46,593 nt of DNA from Piedraia hortae CBS 480.64 (GCA_010093745.1 MU006039.1:1-46593); one strand, 5' to 3'. Shown: positions 9,738 through 22,122, counted from the stretch's first letter. Made by a program: numbers and translations. Notes: a model not told the origin generated them from the sequence alone.

Positions 9738-10623
9738 GGCCTCAGCCGACGTCGTGCGCCGGCCGCTGGGAGCGTCGCGACGCGGAGCAGCGGGCGTCGA
9801 TGGCAAGAGGAAGCAGAATTTTACCCACTGGATGCGGAAAATGACCAGCTTCAAGGGCGGCGACGCGCGTCACAAGAAGGGGAAGCCCGCCGAGCCAGAG
9901 GCACCCGCCGCCAGCAGCACGTCGCTACCCGATGCCGCACCCACGGTGCACAGTGATGGCGGCAACAGCGGCAGTAAAACAGCGACTACGACGACGGTAC
10001 CGGACAGCACCTTTAGTTCCGCCAATCCCAGCGAGCACTCACTGGCCACGACCCTGACGACAGTGCAGTCGCATGCCGCCACCGATACTCAGCAGCCGCC
10101 ACAGCAGCAACATACACTGGCCGTGGCCCAGACGCACACGCTGCCGCTGCCGCGACAACCGACCTACTCGGCCGCGACGGCGAACAATCTGCTGACGGAC
10201 AACGCAAGCATCCTGACGTTGGCGTCATCGTCCAAGCAGCGGTCTCGCCGGAGCATGGATACTGACGCGTCGGTGCGCGCCATTCCGCCGAGCTCCGTCT
10301 GGGGCGGAAGCCGCGAATCTCTCCCGCTCAGCGTCTTGTCCGGCACGGGGCCCGGCGGCGGCCACACATCCCTTCTGGCCAGCGAGCGCAATAGTTACCA
10401 CTATTCGTCGCCGCGTCTTTCGACCAAGGAGTACGCCGATGCCAGGAGCCTACGCAGCGTCAGTGAGGGCAGGCCGCTCAGCGACGGCGGAGGTAGGCCG
10501 GGCCTCGACTCGCGCTCCGTCAGTCAGAACCAGCTGGGCGCTGCCGTCGACGCCCCGCCCGTCGCTAATCGCCTCATCCGCCGCTCTACCGACTACGTTG
10601 ATGCCCAAGAGGAAATCGTCTAG
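9736..10623 (+). CDS. Conserved fungal low-complexity hypothetical protein
   Basis: Open 295-codon frame from a good-context ATG. Contains the block ATANNLLTDNASILTLASSSK..SMDTDASVRAIPPSSVWGGSRESLPLSVLS, which I recognise from filamentous ascomycete hypothetical proteins. Confidence 0.75.
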   Translation: MASADVVRRPLGASRRGAAGVDGKRKQNFTHWMRKMTSFKGGDARHKKGKPAEPEAPAASSTSLPDAAPTVHSDGGNSGSKTATTTTVPDSTFSSANPSEHSLATTLTTVQSHAATDTQQPPQQQHTLAVAQTHTLPLPRQPTYSAATANNLLTDNASILTLASSSKQRSRRSMDTDASVRAIPPSSVWGGSRESLPLSVLSGTGPGGGHTSLLASERNSYHYSSPRLSTKEYADARSLRSVSEGRPLSDGGGRPGLDSRSVSQNQLGAAVDAPPVANRLIRRSTDYVDAQEEIV

Positions 10624-10847
10624 ACCGTGATACCCGTGATGTCGTTCTATTGACTGCTATTCTTCTGAGTCGCTTTGATGGGAATTGGGATGGGTTGGGC
10701 AAGAACGGCGTTTAGAACTAGGTGAATACCTAATTGTTACTATCATTCTTCTGTGCCATCGCTAAGAGACCTGTCAATTAGAAAGCAGAGTTAAAACACA
10801 ACGGTTATTAGTTACACCGCTACCTAGCTACAGCCCTCCATGGACCT

Positions 10848-11396
10848 TTACGAGAAAGGATTGGTACGGGTGCCCCACCAGGTCATGAACATCGACAGGC
10901 CAACAGTCTCGAAAATGCGGGCGAGAGTTCCGACGGCAATAGTGTCAATGGGACGCTTTTCCGTGACAACGTGGGAGATGATCTGCCAAGTCAGCTAAGA
11001 TTTAGACGAGATTTCGGCGAAAACTGACCGAAGGAGCGGCAGAGGCCATGAAGACCAGCGAGCCAAGGTAGGCAGCACCCTTGTAGCTGAGAGTGCCGGT
11101 AGCGTTAATCAGAGCACCGATGCCGTACGACTGCACAGCCGAGCCGATGATAGACGTGCCCCAGGCAGACGCGGCCGAGGCGGCCTGCTTCGACTTGAAG
11201 AACTCCTCCTTGGAGTTGGAAGCCTGGGCCTGGCGGTAAGTCTCGCCGAAGACAGGGCCCAACACGGCCAGAGAGACGGCGTGCGTGTAAAGCGTGCCCA
11301 AGGCAATGGCCGAGGGCTTGACAGGAGGAAGGTCTGACACGCGTCAGCGACATGTCGATGGCGCGTCAAATTGAACTTACAATGAAGGGTGGCCAT
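10848..11396 (-). CDS. Small conserved fungal membrane protein (DUF1761-like), 3 exons
   Basis: Exons 11396-11381, 11333-11029, 10982-10848 with canonical GT..GCTGAC..CAG introns. Hydrophobic segments, GTLSYKGAAYLG, C-terminal WWGTRTNPFS. Confidence 0.8.
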
Positions 11397-11670
11397 TGCG
11401 ACGTGTGTTTACGGGGTTGCGAGGTCGTGTAGGTGATGGATGGTCTGTTTGTGTTGATGGAAGGAGGTTAAGAAGAAGCTCGGGAACTGAGACGGCGGCA
11501 AGCCACAACAAATCTCGTCGAATGATGTAATGGTCTGAAGCTCGGGCCCTTCCCTAAGCAAGGAACTTTCATGTAAGTGATGCCCTAGTCTGCCTAAACG
11601 AGGAACATTTCATGATAGTGCGTGACAGATTTTGCCCTAAACAAGGAAAGTTTCGCCCAGTGGATTGTAG

Positions 11671-12470
11671 CTACAACCCATCCCGCTCCTTGTCGATTAC
11701 CTGGTTTTCAGGTGCCCACTTGGGGTCTTCGATTGACGGAATCATCTCATTGACCTCCAGTCTGCCTTCGATAATTTCTTTTGCGTTGAGCAGATCGCTC
11801 TCATCCACTCTCTTCACAGCTTCTTCCTCGTTGGCTGCGACCCCGCTCTCCACGTGCCTCCTAATCAGCCTCTTTCTCGCTGTTTCGGTGCTTGCCTCGA
11901 CGAACCATAGCTCGTCCATCAACTCTGCGCTCTCCTTCCATTTGCCCTTGTTCAAGGCAAGGTAGTTGCCCTCCAACAGGACGATGCGCGAACTCGGCGC
12001 AATGGGAATGTCATCTGCCACGGGATCTTTTACAGAGTGGTCAAAGCTTGGGGCGTAGATGGTGCGCAGCTCCGGAACCAGCGGTTGCCGCAACTTCTTA
12101 ACCAGCTCAAAATATGCATCAGAGTCGAAGGTAAAGGCTGCACCCCTTCGCTTATGCGCAGTGTTGGGGTCAGGCATTGCCGACAGCTGCGCCCTTGTGA
12201 GATGAAAGCCGTCCATAGGCACAAAAGTCGCTATGCCGGGATCCGACGCAAGCGCTGGCGAGTCTCCTCGCCATTTCTTGTTCAGCTGAGTCGTGACTTT
12301 AGCTGCCAAGGTAGTTTTGCCTATGCAATCAGCCCATATCATCTGTACCTTCATGCGTTCCTACCTGATCCGGGAATGCCGCTAATCGCAATGAGACGAC
12401 GCTTACTCTTCGGCGTATCTTGGAGTTTCTCCCATAGGTGTTTTGCCAGACGCTGGACCTGTTCGTCCAT
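11671..12470 (-). CDS. P-loop kinase of the phosphoribulokinase/uridine kinase family (Yfh7-like)
   Basis: Walker A GIPGSGKTT split by a short intron near 12321-12364; PMDGFHL, RRGAAFTFD, PSFDHSVKDP, EGNYL motifs. Confidence 0.88.
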
Positions 12471-12578
12471 AACTGATGTACACAAGGCTGGGCACTGCGA
12501 TATCTCTAGGCTATCGAGTCATGAGGTCATACACGTGATATGGCTCAACGGTGTCTGTAAATTCGCACACTACTTTAT

Positions 12579-14486
12579 TCAGCTCGTTTGTAGACGAATC
12601 TCGCCTGTCTTTGTAGCCATTTCCTCAATGGCTGCGCCCGTTTCCTGCTTCTCCACGCTCTCCACTGTTTGCTTTTGCTTGGCCTGTTTTTCTACCTTTT
12701 TCCTTTCCTTGTCCGCCTTCTTAGCTGCTTTCTTAGCAGCTTCAGCCTCCTTTGATTTCTTTAGTTCATCGCCACCAAACGCTTGTCGCCACTCCTCTTC
12801 CTTGGCCGGGTCAATCTGCTTGAATAGGTGTGCCGGCTTGCCGATTTTGTGACCGCCTGTGATGCTATCCGGTTTCCAGGTGTCTGCGGGTATGATGAGC
12901 AGGTCTGCATTAAGCTGTTTCAGGATAGCCTTTGTGGTAGCAGGGACGTAGGGGGAGATGAGGGAAGCGAGCAGGTGGATGTGATTTACAGCCAGGTTAA
13001 CGACAGCGTCGCAACGTGCTCGCTCGCCCGTAAATAGTGCGTTGTCCAGCTTGTTATCCTGCAACAGCTTGTTGCCCAGAGAGCTCAGCTCCCGCGCCAC
13101 CGTGAGACCTTGTTTAAGGTGCACAGCGTCCATCTCGGTACGGTACTGGGCGAGGATCTTATTGCATTCCGCAACGTGTGCGTCTATCCGCTTCTGCAGT
13201 TCCTTTCCAACCGTCTCAGGTATGCCTGGGACCACACCTGTATATGTCTTGGCATTGTCCACAAATTTAAGCACGCGGTTGACGAGGTTACCAAAGTTTG
13301 CTACAAGCTCGTTGTTGTTGGCACTGATGAAGCCACTCCATTGGAACTCGGTGTCAGACGTTTCGGGTCGTCGCAGCAGTAAGAAATAGCGCCATACATC
13401 GGCAGCTAATCCAATCTGTTTGGCATCGAGGCCAAAGACGCCGATGTTGCGTGACTTGCTGAACTTGCCGCCCTCGTAGTTGAGGTACTCAGTCACAGAC
13501 AACGTGTTAAGCATCGTCCACTTGTCCCCAGTCCCCAACTGTGAGCCAGGAAAGACAACGGTGTGAAATGGCACGTTGTCCTTGCCCATGAACTGGTACA
13601 GCGCCACGTTCTCCGGGTTGCGCCACCATTTCTCCCATTCCTTGGTGTATGTAGCTGTGATGGACGGATACCCAATACAGGCATCAAACCAGACATAGAG
13701 CACCTTGTCCTCGTAGCCTTCGAGCGGCACGGCGGTGCCCCACTTAAAATCGCGAGTAATACCACGCGGTTTGAGCCCCTCATTGAGCCATTTAGACGTG
13801 ATGCTCTTCCCGTTCTCGCTCCACTTTCCTTCCTTTTCTGTCTTTGTTGCCCACTCCGTCACCTGATCCTGCAACTTGTTAAGCTGCAGAAAAACGTGTT
13901 TCGTGTCCCGCACAACGGGCCTTGACCCGTCCAGCTTACAGCGCGGGTTTATCAGATCTAGAGGATCCAGTAAGTGTCCACACTTGTCACACTGGTCTCC
14001 ACGCGCGTCTGCGTACCCGCAGAGGTTACACTCGCCCTCAACGAATCTATCCGCGAGGAAACCCTTGTGATGATCGCAGTAAGGCTGACTGGTCGTGCGC
14101 TCCTCCAGATATCCATTCTTGTACAGCTTAAGGAAGATGTCCTGCGCGATATCCGTCTGTTCTTGCGTCGGCGTGCGGCCGAAATGGTCAAAGTCGATGT
14201 CGAACCAGTCGTACACTTCCTTGTGCAGCGTGTGGTACTTGTCGCATAGCTGCTGTGGCGTGACGCCCTCCTCAATTGCCTTGGTTTCTGTCGTTGTGCC
14301 GTACTCGTCGGTACCACAGATAAAAAGCGTTTGATGGCCGCGCGCTTTGCAGTACCGGCTAAACACGTCCGCCGACAGCACGGAGCCGATGATGTTGCCC
14401 AAATGGGGAGAGTTGTTCACGTACGGCAGAGCCGATGTGATGAGGATGTTCCTCTTGCCTGCGACAGGCAGCGTTGCCGTAGCCAT
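12579..14486 (-). CDS. MES1: Cytosolic methionyl-tRNA synthetase
   Basis: ITSALPYVNNSPHLGN (HIGH), zinc-knuckle Cys pairs, YVWFDA, GKDNVPFH, KFSKS (KMSKS). Confidence 0.97.
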   Translation of the reverse strand: MATATLPVAGKRNILITSALPYVNNSPHLGNIIGSVLSADVFSRYCKARGHQTLFICGTDEYGTTTETKAIEEGVTPQQLCDKYHTLHKEVYDWFDIDFDHFGRTPTQEQTDIAQDIFLKLYKNGYLEERTTSQPYCDHHKGFLADRFVEGECNLCGYADARGDQCDKCGHLLDPLDLINPRCKLDGSRPVVRDTKHVFLQLNKLQDQVTEWATKTEKEGKWSENGKSITSKWLNEGLKPRGITRDFKWGTAVPLEGYEDKVLYVWFDACIGYPSITATYTKEWEKWWRNPENVALYQFMGKDNVPFHTVVFPGSQLGTGDKWTMLNTLSVTEYLNYEGGKFSKSRNIGVFGLDAKQIGLAADVWRYFLLLRRPETSDTEFQWSGFISANNNELVANFGNLVNRVLKFVDNAKTYTGVVPGIPETVGKELQKRIDAHVAECNKILAQYRTEMDAVHLKQGLTVARELSSLGNKLLQDNKLDNALFTGERARCDAVVNLAVNHIHLLASLISPYVPATTKAILKQLNADLLIIPADTWKPDSITGGHKIGKPAHLFKQIDPAKEEEWRQAFGGDELKKSKEAEAAKKAAKKADKERKKVEKQAKQKQTVESVEKQETGAAIEEMATKTGEIRLQTS

Positions 14487-14614
14487 TGTCTCTATGGGCT
14501 GAGGATGTTTCGCCGGCTAAATGGTGGGGCTGCGGGGTATTGATTGTTCGTTTCCGGTTTGTGACATCAATGCCAAGAAGCACACACACATACACATACA
14601 CATATGCAGACACG

Positions 14615-15124
14615 ATGGATGACGATCCATTTGACTCCATTCTAACACTCGAGTCGCAATTTTACGCGGAGGGACATGCCGAGGGCATGGCTGATGGGGC
14701 GCGGTCGGGCAAGATCGAAGGACGTATTGTGGGGCTTGAGAAGAGTTTCGAAAAGGGCCTTCAGATGGGCTGTCTGGCAGGCCAAGCCGCTGTTTGGCGT
14801 GCACAACTCGAGTCAAATTCAGCACAGTTGAACTGTCTATCTCAAAGGCAACGTAAAAGGATGCAGAAACACGTTAACCATCTGTCCGAGCTGACCGACT
14901 CATCCACGCTGAGAAAGGAAAATATTCCCAACGCAGTCACGGACTTCGATAATCGCCTGGCTAGTGCGGTTATAAAGCAAGACACAATAATGAAGATATT
15001 GCGCCAGGATCCAGCCAATCCGCGCTCTTCGCCAGGGAGCAGAGAGGATTCTCAAACGACGGGCGCTGCCCGCGGGACAGAATTAGAAGACTTTGTTGGT
15101 TTACCACAAAACTTGGCCAGATGA
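14615..15124 (+). CDS. Yae1/Lto1 (ORAOV1) family protein
   Basis: DPFDSILTLESQFYAEGHAEGMADGARSGKIEGRIVGLEKSFE deca-GX3 pattern typical of Lto1/Yae1. Confidence 0.8.
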   Translation: MDDDPFDSILTLESQFYAEGHAEGMADGARSGKIEGRIVGLEKSFEKGLQMGCLAGQAAVWRAQLESNSAQLNCLSQRQRKRMQKHVNHLSELTDSSTLRKENIPNAVTDFDNRLASAVIKQDTIMKILRQDPANPRSSPGSREDSQTTGAARGTELEDFVGLPQNLAR

Positions 15125-15212
15125 TGCAAAAGAGATAGTTGATGCTTTGCTTGTGCTAGTCCATGAAACGACCCATTCGCCAAACGCCTGCCCCTTGATC
15201 GACTCCAATCTA

Positions 15213-16822
15213 CTATCCAGCTTTAGGCGTTTGCGGCCGATTTGAAACGTCACCTTGCGCAACACCATTCGGTCCGTCGACTCTAGCCTTTTTGATGTCT
15301 GGTACACTGTTTATTGGCTGGTTGGTGATTAGAGACGTATTACTGACATCAGCGAGAGCTGGTCTCTTTACACCTGCCATGGTCGGTGGGCGGTACGGAC
15401 CACGGTTTCCTCCTGGACTAGGAGCACCAATCCGACGATGAGGATCTGCTGAAGGATTGATAAAATTTGTCCGCCCCGGTGTCACGGCAGTGGGGTTGGT
15501 GGCCGCCGCATTGGTCTGCACCTGACGACTGACCGGTGCTGATCTATCTGGGTCCACTCCACCTGTTCGGCGGATCGATGAGGTACTTGCATGCGGGTTG
15601 AATGCTATCGGTTTAGTCGGTGGCTTGGGATCCGGAGATTTATCATGCAAGTCCCAACTTCGGCCAGTTATGAAGCCAACAGGAGCATCTGGTGGTGGTT
15701 CAGACGGCAGCGGTAAGCCGTTTGCATCCATCTGTTGGCCATCTACGTTTGTCACCGGTTTGGGGTGGGGCTGTTGCCCAGCAACGGCTGGATTCTGCGC
15801 TCTTGGTTGTGCGCCAACGACAGGTCTCTGTGGCGGTTGGCCCGTTTGCTGGGGCTGCGGTGCACGAGCTGGCGCGGTTTGTGGAGCGCCGTAAATTCGC
15901 TGAGGAGGCTGTGGTTTGTGGTTATTTGGAGGCTGAGCTCGGTGAACATTTGGCGGCTGCGGCTGTGCCGCCTTGACAGGATCCATTCCTTGAGGCTTAG
16001 CTGTTTGCTCTGTCTTTATAGGCATTGTTTGCGGCTCTACGCGCAACGCATCTGGAGCTAAAAAATCCTCCTCTTCCAGCATGAACTCCCCAAACTCCTC
16101 TTCGAACTCCTCGCTTTCGGTCATGATGGCGGACTGAACGGCTTGTTGGGCTGCTACAGTCTTAATATCTGGTTCGGCTTCGGCTGGAACCTCCTTTTTG
16201 ACAGGCGTGATATCTGGGTGCCGAAGAAGGTTATTGACGTCCCATTTGACCGGCGGCGCCTTTACTTTGGCCAGCTTTTGAAGATAATCTTTGTCGTAAG
16301 CACAGTTCCCGAGCACGTTGCCAAAGCTCCTCAGCGCACGCTTGAGGGCATCGGTCACGGCTTGCTTCTTGGCCTTGTCGTACGCGGCTGCCTTGCCCTT
16401 GCAGTTGTCGATGTTGCCGGTTCCAATGTCTTCATGGTACGTCCCGTCGCGTATCGTCACACGTACGATGGCGCTTACGCCAATCGAGAATCTGCCAGAG
16501 CTCATCTCATCTGCAAAGTCAACCTGCACATGTTGTATGGCTGAACTCCATCCATTGACGCCAAAGACCCGGTTGGCAAGATTGATAGCTTTATGCCCCG
16601 ATAGATAATGGACTTTACTGTTTCCTGGCCCGGCACGCACCGAGATGTACTCTGGCCCCAATTGCTTCTCTAGAAGATTTTGAAGGGTTGCGAGCTCGCT
16701 CGGAGTGTACTCTGACACGGGACGGGTCTCATACGGATTCTGCACCATACGATACTGATCCCCCGGACTGCACATTGTTAGCTGATTACACTGAATGGGG
16801 CAGACGGCGCTCACGATGGCAT
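15213..16822 (-). CDS. RAD52: DNA repair/recombination protein Rad52
   Basis: LEKQLGPEYISVRAG, LANRVFGVNGWSS, DGTYHEDIG, AKKQAVTDALKRALRSFGNVLGNC. Short first exon ATGCCATC plus intron. Confidence 0.95.
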
Positions 16823-17449
16823 GTTTACTACCGTGTTTACGAAGTGACGTTACCGCGCCAGAGGTTTCTTAGCGTGTCGCGGATTCTTTAGCGCGACGCC
16901 AGCTCATCGCCCGCTCACGTGATGTTCAACAACGCAAGAACAACGTCGGGTTACGTTTGTAACATTTGCATTATAGGTGGATGGCATTTCACAGTTCATA
17001 AGTCAAAGAGTCAGACAATTGCTTCACAGTACCCACGGAATCATGGTTCTAAGGTTTGGTGTATGAGATTTCAACAAGTGTGACGTAATAAGACTGGCGA
17101 TGTCGGGAATAACCGCGACGGGCCGTGACGTGACCCACCCCACAGTGAGAGGCATTTCCAAGAGGGAAAGACACTAACCTTCTGACAATATCAAGCATGT
17201 CACAAAGGCCTGCCACGACAAGTGAAGCCACTCATCATGACAGTTCGTCATGCCAGTTCTCTACCATGCGAAACAATGTTACTGTCGGCTTTGATCTTCT
17301 CTCGACCTCATTCCTTGATTTTCAAAAGCGCCGGCCGGAATCCGGAAACTAAGGCATCAAGGCGCACATCGCAAGACTAAACATGACAGCATTCTCCATG
17401 GATTAAATGATAGGGCCGCCAGACTTATAAGCTTTCAACGACAGCAATT

Positions 17450-18194
17450 TTTCGTATTTCCAGAGCATTCCAAGAGTGATCAAGATTTTGCCCTCTATAT
17501 CAAGGAATGCGCTGTACTCAGGTGCCTACGACGATGTAGACCCCAAATTGGGGCCGCTGACAGCCCGCAAGAATGAAAAATGCTATTTCCAGGTTTGACT
17601 GCACATCGTTCTTCTTGGATCCGTGTCAGCACTTCAAAGCATGCAACGGGAAATTCGAGCAACTTTTCGAGCAGCGTAAGTCGCGCTCATCCGTCTGTCT
17701 CTTCCTAAAGCTTCTAGAGCGGGTACGCGTGCTTCCATACAACAGCGACAAAGACTTCCTTTGCAACCATGTCGCCACGGAGAATCTCGTCGAGAACTTG
17801 ACCTGGAACGGGGCCAAGGGGATGGAGGTGAGCCTTGATGTAACTGCGCCGCGCCCCAATTAGGAATTCGAAGGCCGTCCCGCAGGGCAATGTCAACCCG
17901 CTCGGAACTTCACTTACCTCCACGTCTATGTCGCATCACATACGGTTCTCTTGGATCATCCGCGCCATGCTTGCACAACTCATGGGCGTTGACCTCGCCT
18001 CGATTGAGAAGGCCGCCCCGTACATTCGCGTCGGCGAGCTCCCTCTCTTGGTTGGCATCATCCTTGTGGTGATAGCCAAAGCCGTGGTGATTGTCCTTAT
18101 TTGTCCCGCTCGCCGCACAGGTGTCGCGTATTCAAGATTAGAGGAAATCTCACTGGATGACCTCGAACCGCCCTCTCGAGGCTCGGACAGATGA
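17450..18194 (+). pseudogene. Degenerate KEX1 duplicate
   Basis: Collinear similarity to 23985-25300: [58 protein letters not shown] and the TM-region homolog; stops, frameshifts and deletions. Confidence 0.9.
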
Positions 18195-19579
18195 TGTTGC
18201 CGTGGGGTGCTTCAATCGACTTGAGTACTGTAATGAAAACCACCGACTTGACATACTGCACGGCATGTGGATAGTGAAGAGATTAGGGGCGCTGAGTCGA
18301 AGACTGCATGAGCAGTGAATTTCCTCTTACATCTCCCTAACTATCGTGCAGTTTCTCTATAAAAGAATGTTTCTGATCGGCAAACACATAGCCAAAGGCC
18401 TCAGCCAAACACCACAACAACGCCGCAGACAATCACCTCCAAAAAGATTTTTTACGACTGGATACATTGGTAGGAAACTATTTTCAACATCTTGTGTCTA
18501 CACTGTATCACCACGATGTCCATATTGGTGGCACGTCGAAACGTGACATCAACGCTCTTGCTTTTCTTTCCCTTCCGCTGTTTCTCAATCTATTATTCTG
18601 ATTCAAGGTATTCTATAGTGAGGGCGTTGCTGAGAGGACTCTGTGAGCATGTCCGTAACACAAAAAGAGTCTCGACGAAAGGGTGCATGCATTTTGAAGC
18701 CTTTCGTTGGAATGGAGCCTTTTGCCAGGAGCATATGATACCATACCCGTTTCCAAAAGTTTCGCCCAGAAAGATATTTCGGCTATGATACGATTCATGT
18801 GCGAAGGTGCGATGTGGCGAGTGTGCTCCCGAGATCAAATGTCAAGTCGTCTGTCAGCCACACTGATAGGTGACGAGGTCCTCGAGGTATCTTTAACTGC
18901 CCACTTATTGGCATTCTAGTCGGCAAAACTCTTCGCAGTAAGGTGACACTATCCAGCCTATTCAGTAATTAAAGTAGTCTCTAAGCGGCGATGGGTACTC
19001 GTAAAACCCAATTCCAGACACCAGTGCTTTTTGCATGCACATATACACGCAAAACACTCTCACACGTAAAATTTTCCATCCAGCAATAGCAATCTCACAT
19101 CCACAATGCAGCTGGTCCTTACTTGTGCCTTGACACTCTTGTGGGCGCTTGCTCTGCGTTGACCATGGTCAATCATAGCAGGTATTAAAGTACTTGCAAA
19201 ATCATATGTAGACAGCATAAATAGGGACTCTGATGTGAAGCATAGGCTCAGTGATTCCCACCGCCGCAGGGCCGCTTTCAACCCTGCAGAGTGACAAGCC
19301 ACTACTGCACGAAAGCCTGTTGGATTCAAGCATCGCCACTAGCGCGTATGCGGGGCACTTGCATAGCAAGTCAGCGATACCTCCTACACTACCAGCTGCA
19401 CCCTAGGTTTTTCCCTCACAGAGGTTTTCCCTCAGGGTCATGTCATATGTGACAAGGTGAATGCGCCCTGCTTGTGTACGACGTGACGTCACCGGCCCAC
19501 CGGTACAGAATTTTCATTCTGACGTCCCCTCATAGAGATAGATAGTCATTCACACTGTCGTATCGACACTGGTATTGAC

Positions 19580-19900
19580 TCATATACATCTACATCCGTC
19601 TTGTCCCTGATTTCGTCTATCGCTCTGTCCTCTTCGGGTCGCTGTGCACCATCACCCACGGGAGCCCAAATCTCTACAAAGCCCACTTGTCCAACTTCGG
19701 TGGTGGTGAACAACACTCACCACTGTAATGACCTTACCATACTCCGCAAATATCATGAGTTCAAAGTGGAGGAGGCCAGCCGTGCGCGCGAACGGGAGAA
19801 GGGTGAAATTCACGATGATTTGAAGAGGTCTACGTGATCTCCGGGATAGCAATTCTCCCCACGATATTTATCCGTGAGAGGAAGTCTTCTCTAGTAGAAT
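19580..19900 (+). pseudogene. Decayed paralog of secreted gene C (no ATG, no micro-exon repeats)
   Basis: Signal-like VLSLISSIALSSSGRCAP; ILRKYHEFKVEEASRAREREKG matches IVRQYHEAKVETAKRARERKEG at 4660-4725 (minus). Confidence 0.55.
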
Positions 19901-20217
19901 GTATACTGCATATATTTTACCAAAAAGGAGGCAAAGGTTACAGCGCCTATTCACAGTTGTTTTTAATCGTGGTGAAGTGTTCGCTCGCGGATCTTGTATA
20001 TGAGCTTCATCTAAGCCAGAGCACGCAAAAAATCACAATGAAACAATGGGAGATGAGAAAAGGCATAAGAGTGTAGGAAAATCTTTGGTATATTCGAAGA
20101 CTCTATTTCTTTCAATGTGGGAATAAGTGACCCAACCGTCATGATAGTCTGATATCCGGTCGAGTTTCCTGCTGAAAGCGAAGAAGTCGCAGATCTTACC
20201 ATTGCCGTGGAGGAACA

Positions 20218-21282
20218 TCAACCCGCAAGCTGCTTGTTGACCTTCAAGGCAGAAGTGTAAGCTGCACCGTCAAAGACGGTCACAGGTTCGCACGAAGCAG
20301 GCACAGGAGCTGGGTTGGGATTTGTACAAGCACCATCCTGCGTTGCACCAGCGGAGGGGGCATTGATTGTCTTGCTCCCGCTCATCATGACGATGGTTGG
20401 CGAAGTAGTGTAAGCTGTGCGGCTGCGGAAATTGCTCACCGCTGCTGTTTGCGGGTTCTCCTGTGCAAGAGTGTGCGAGGATGCTGGCCGAGGAACAGAG
20501 TTCACAACGTTGAAGTCAGCACAGGTGGTGTAGTACTCATCCTTGCCACCCGGATAGGTGCAGTCAGCGTTCGGCTCCGTGGGCCACTGCCAGACCCAAT
20601 AAACTGTCAACCTGCCCTCTGGCTGAGATGCGGGGATGTGGACGTTGCTCTCGCACCACTGCTCCAGGCTTGAGGTGGGCTGGCCCGGAACGTGGTTGGG
20701 ATAGAGGACCTGGCGGGCGAGGGAGACGTTTCCGCAGTTGAGCTGATGGCACCTACCATCGTCGTAGGCCTGAGCGGCCATCAAAAAGCCACGGCCGTTG
20801 CCGCCTTTGCCGTCTTTAGTCCATCGAAGAACGTCGACCATCTTTTCAGATTCAGACGGCTGAGTGGTGCCATAGACGAAAACGGTGCCGCCGGCCTTTG
20901 GCTTGCCGAGCTGGTTCCAGGGCAGGGTGACGTGGCCGTTCTCCAGGTACTTCATGGCTACGTGGCTGCCTGGCTGGACCTGCAGCATTGGGTAGCTAGG
21001 GTTTGTGTAGTTGGAAGCACGCTGAGAGGGGTGGCAGAGGAGGTCCGATGAGTTGATCCGGATGCGGCCGGATTCATCAGATGGCACCTGGTAGTTCACT
21101 GAGAAGCCGTTAAAGGAGGGGTCGGTGCGTGCAACATACCCACGAGCAAAGCCGCGATCGCCGGTGTAGCTGCCGTTGGGGCCGATGACCTGGAACTCGT
21201 CGATCCAGGAATGACCAAGAGCTGGACCAGCCGAGCTTAGAAGACCAGAGACGAGGGTGAGAGTGTTGACGGTGCTGAACAT
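20218..21282 (-). CDS. His1 LPMO-like secreted protein, gene B copy 2 (354 aa, Ser/Thr tail truncated)
   Basis: Identical to copy 1 except T>M, D>E, E>K near the end, then stop after KQLAG. An out-of-frame tail remnant MVRSAT..NSTGYQTIMTVG follows at 20011-20202. Confidence 0.8.
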   Translation of the reverse strand: MFSTVNTLTLVSGLLSSAGPALGHSWIDEFQVIGPNGSYTGDRGFARGYVARTDPSFNGFSVNYQVPSDESGRIRINSSDLLCHPSQRASNYTNPSYPMLQVQPGSHVAMKYLENGHVTLPWNQLGKPKAGGTVFVYGTTQPSESEKMVDVLRWTKDGKGGNGRGFLMAAQAYDDGRCHQLNCGNVSLARQVLYPNHVPGQPTSSLEQWCESNVHIPASQPEGRLTVYWVWQWPTEPNADCTYPGGKDEYYTTCADFNVVNSVPRPASSHTLAQENPQTAAVSNFRSRTAYTTSPTIVMMSGSKTINAPSAGATQDGACTNPNPAPVPASCEPVTVFDGAAYTSALKVNKQLAG

Positions 21283-22122
21283 GCTGTAAGTGTATGCAGA
21301 TGATTGTGGATGCGATGAGATGCAATGCAATGCAAGTTGATGAGTGATATGAACAGAAGGATGGCGGACTTGAGGCTTATAAGGTGCAAAGCGAAACAGT
21401 GCTGCTAAACACTTCAACGAACACAATGCCATTGACATCTGACCATCGACAATGGCCACATTGTGGTATCTGCCCTTTTCCCCTAGACAGTGATGAGTTC
21501 TTTGTCCTTGATCACAATGTAATCGAACCCTTCGGTACCTAACCCCAAGTTGAGGTAATGGAACAAGGAGCATTGTTTCATTGTCTCAGACAACCCGGGT
21601 TCTGTAACTCGGTGGGGCTGGTCGAGCGCTCTTGTGAAATAGTTGTTTCGTGCGTAGCGATCAGTTCGCTGACTGTAGGAATGCAGAGAAGCGTCAAACC
21701 ACTGCATGCCATTTGTATGATGACAAAATTGTCTTAGGAAAATGCCGATCTTTTTCTGCGCTGCTTGCTGTCAGAGGGAAGAGAAAAAGAAATTCAACAT
21801 CTCGGCGATGTGTTAGCTGATATCCACATCCGATCCGCAACTTGCATGACTGATGTTCACACTTGTGACGCACCGAAAGCGGGACCAGTAACAGCTGTCA
21901 TGGAGTTGTCATGCCAAATGTATACTTAGGATAGTAAAAGAGTATAAAACAGTAACATGACCCTTACCTCCGTCGCAAGTCTCCGCAAACCGTGAGAACT
22001 CCACTGTTCTCACTTCCAAAAACTGAATTCCAAAGCCTTATTGGCCCCCGTGCAAACAACGTTTCGCAACGACCCATATACCTGTTCACCAGTACAACGC
22101 ACTCCCCACACGCAGACAAAAA

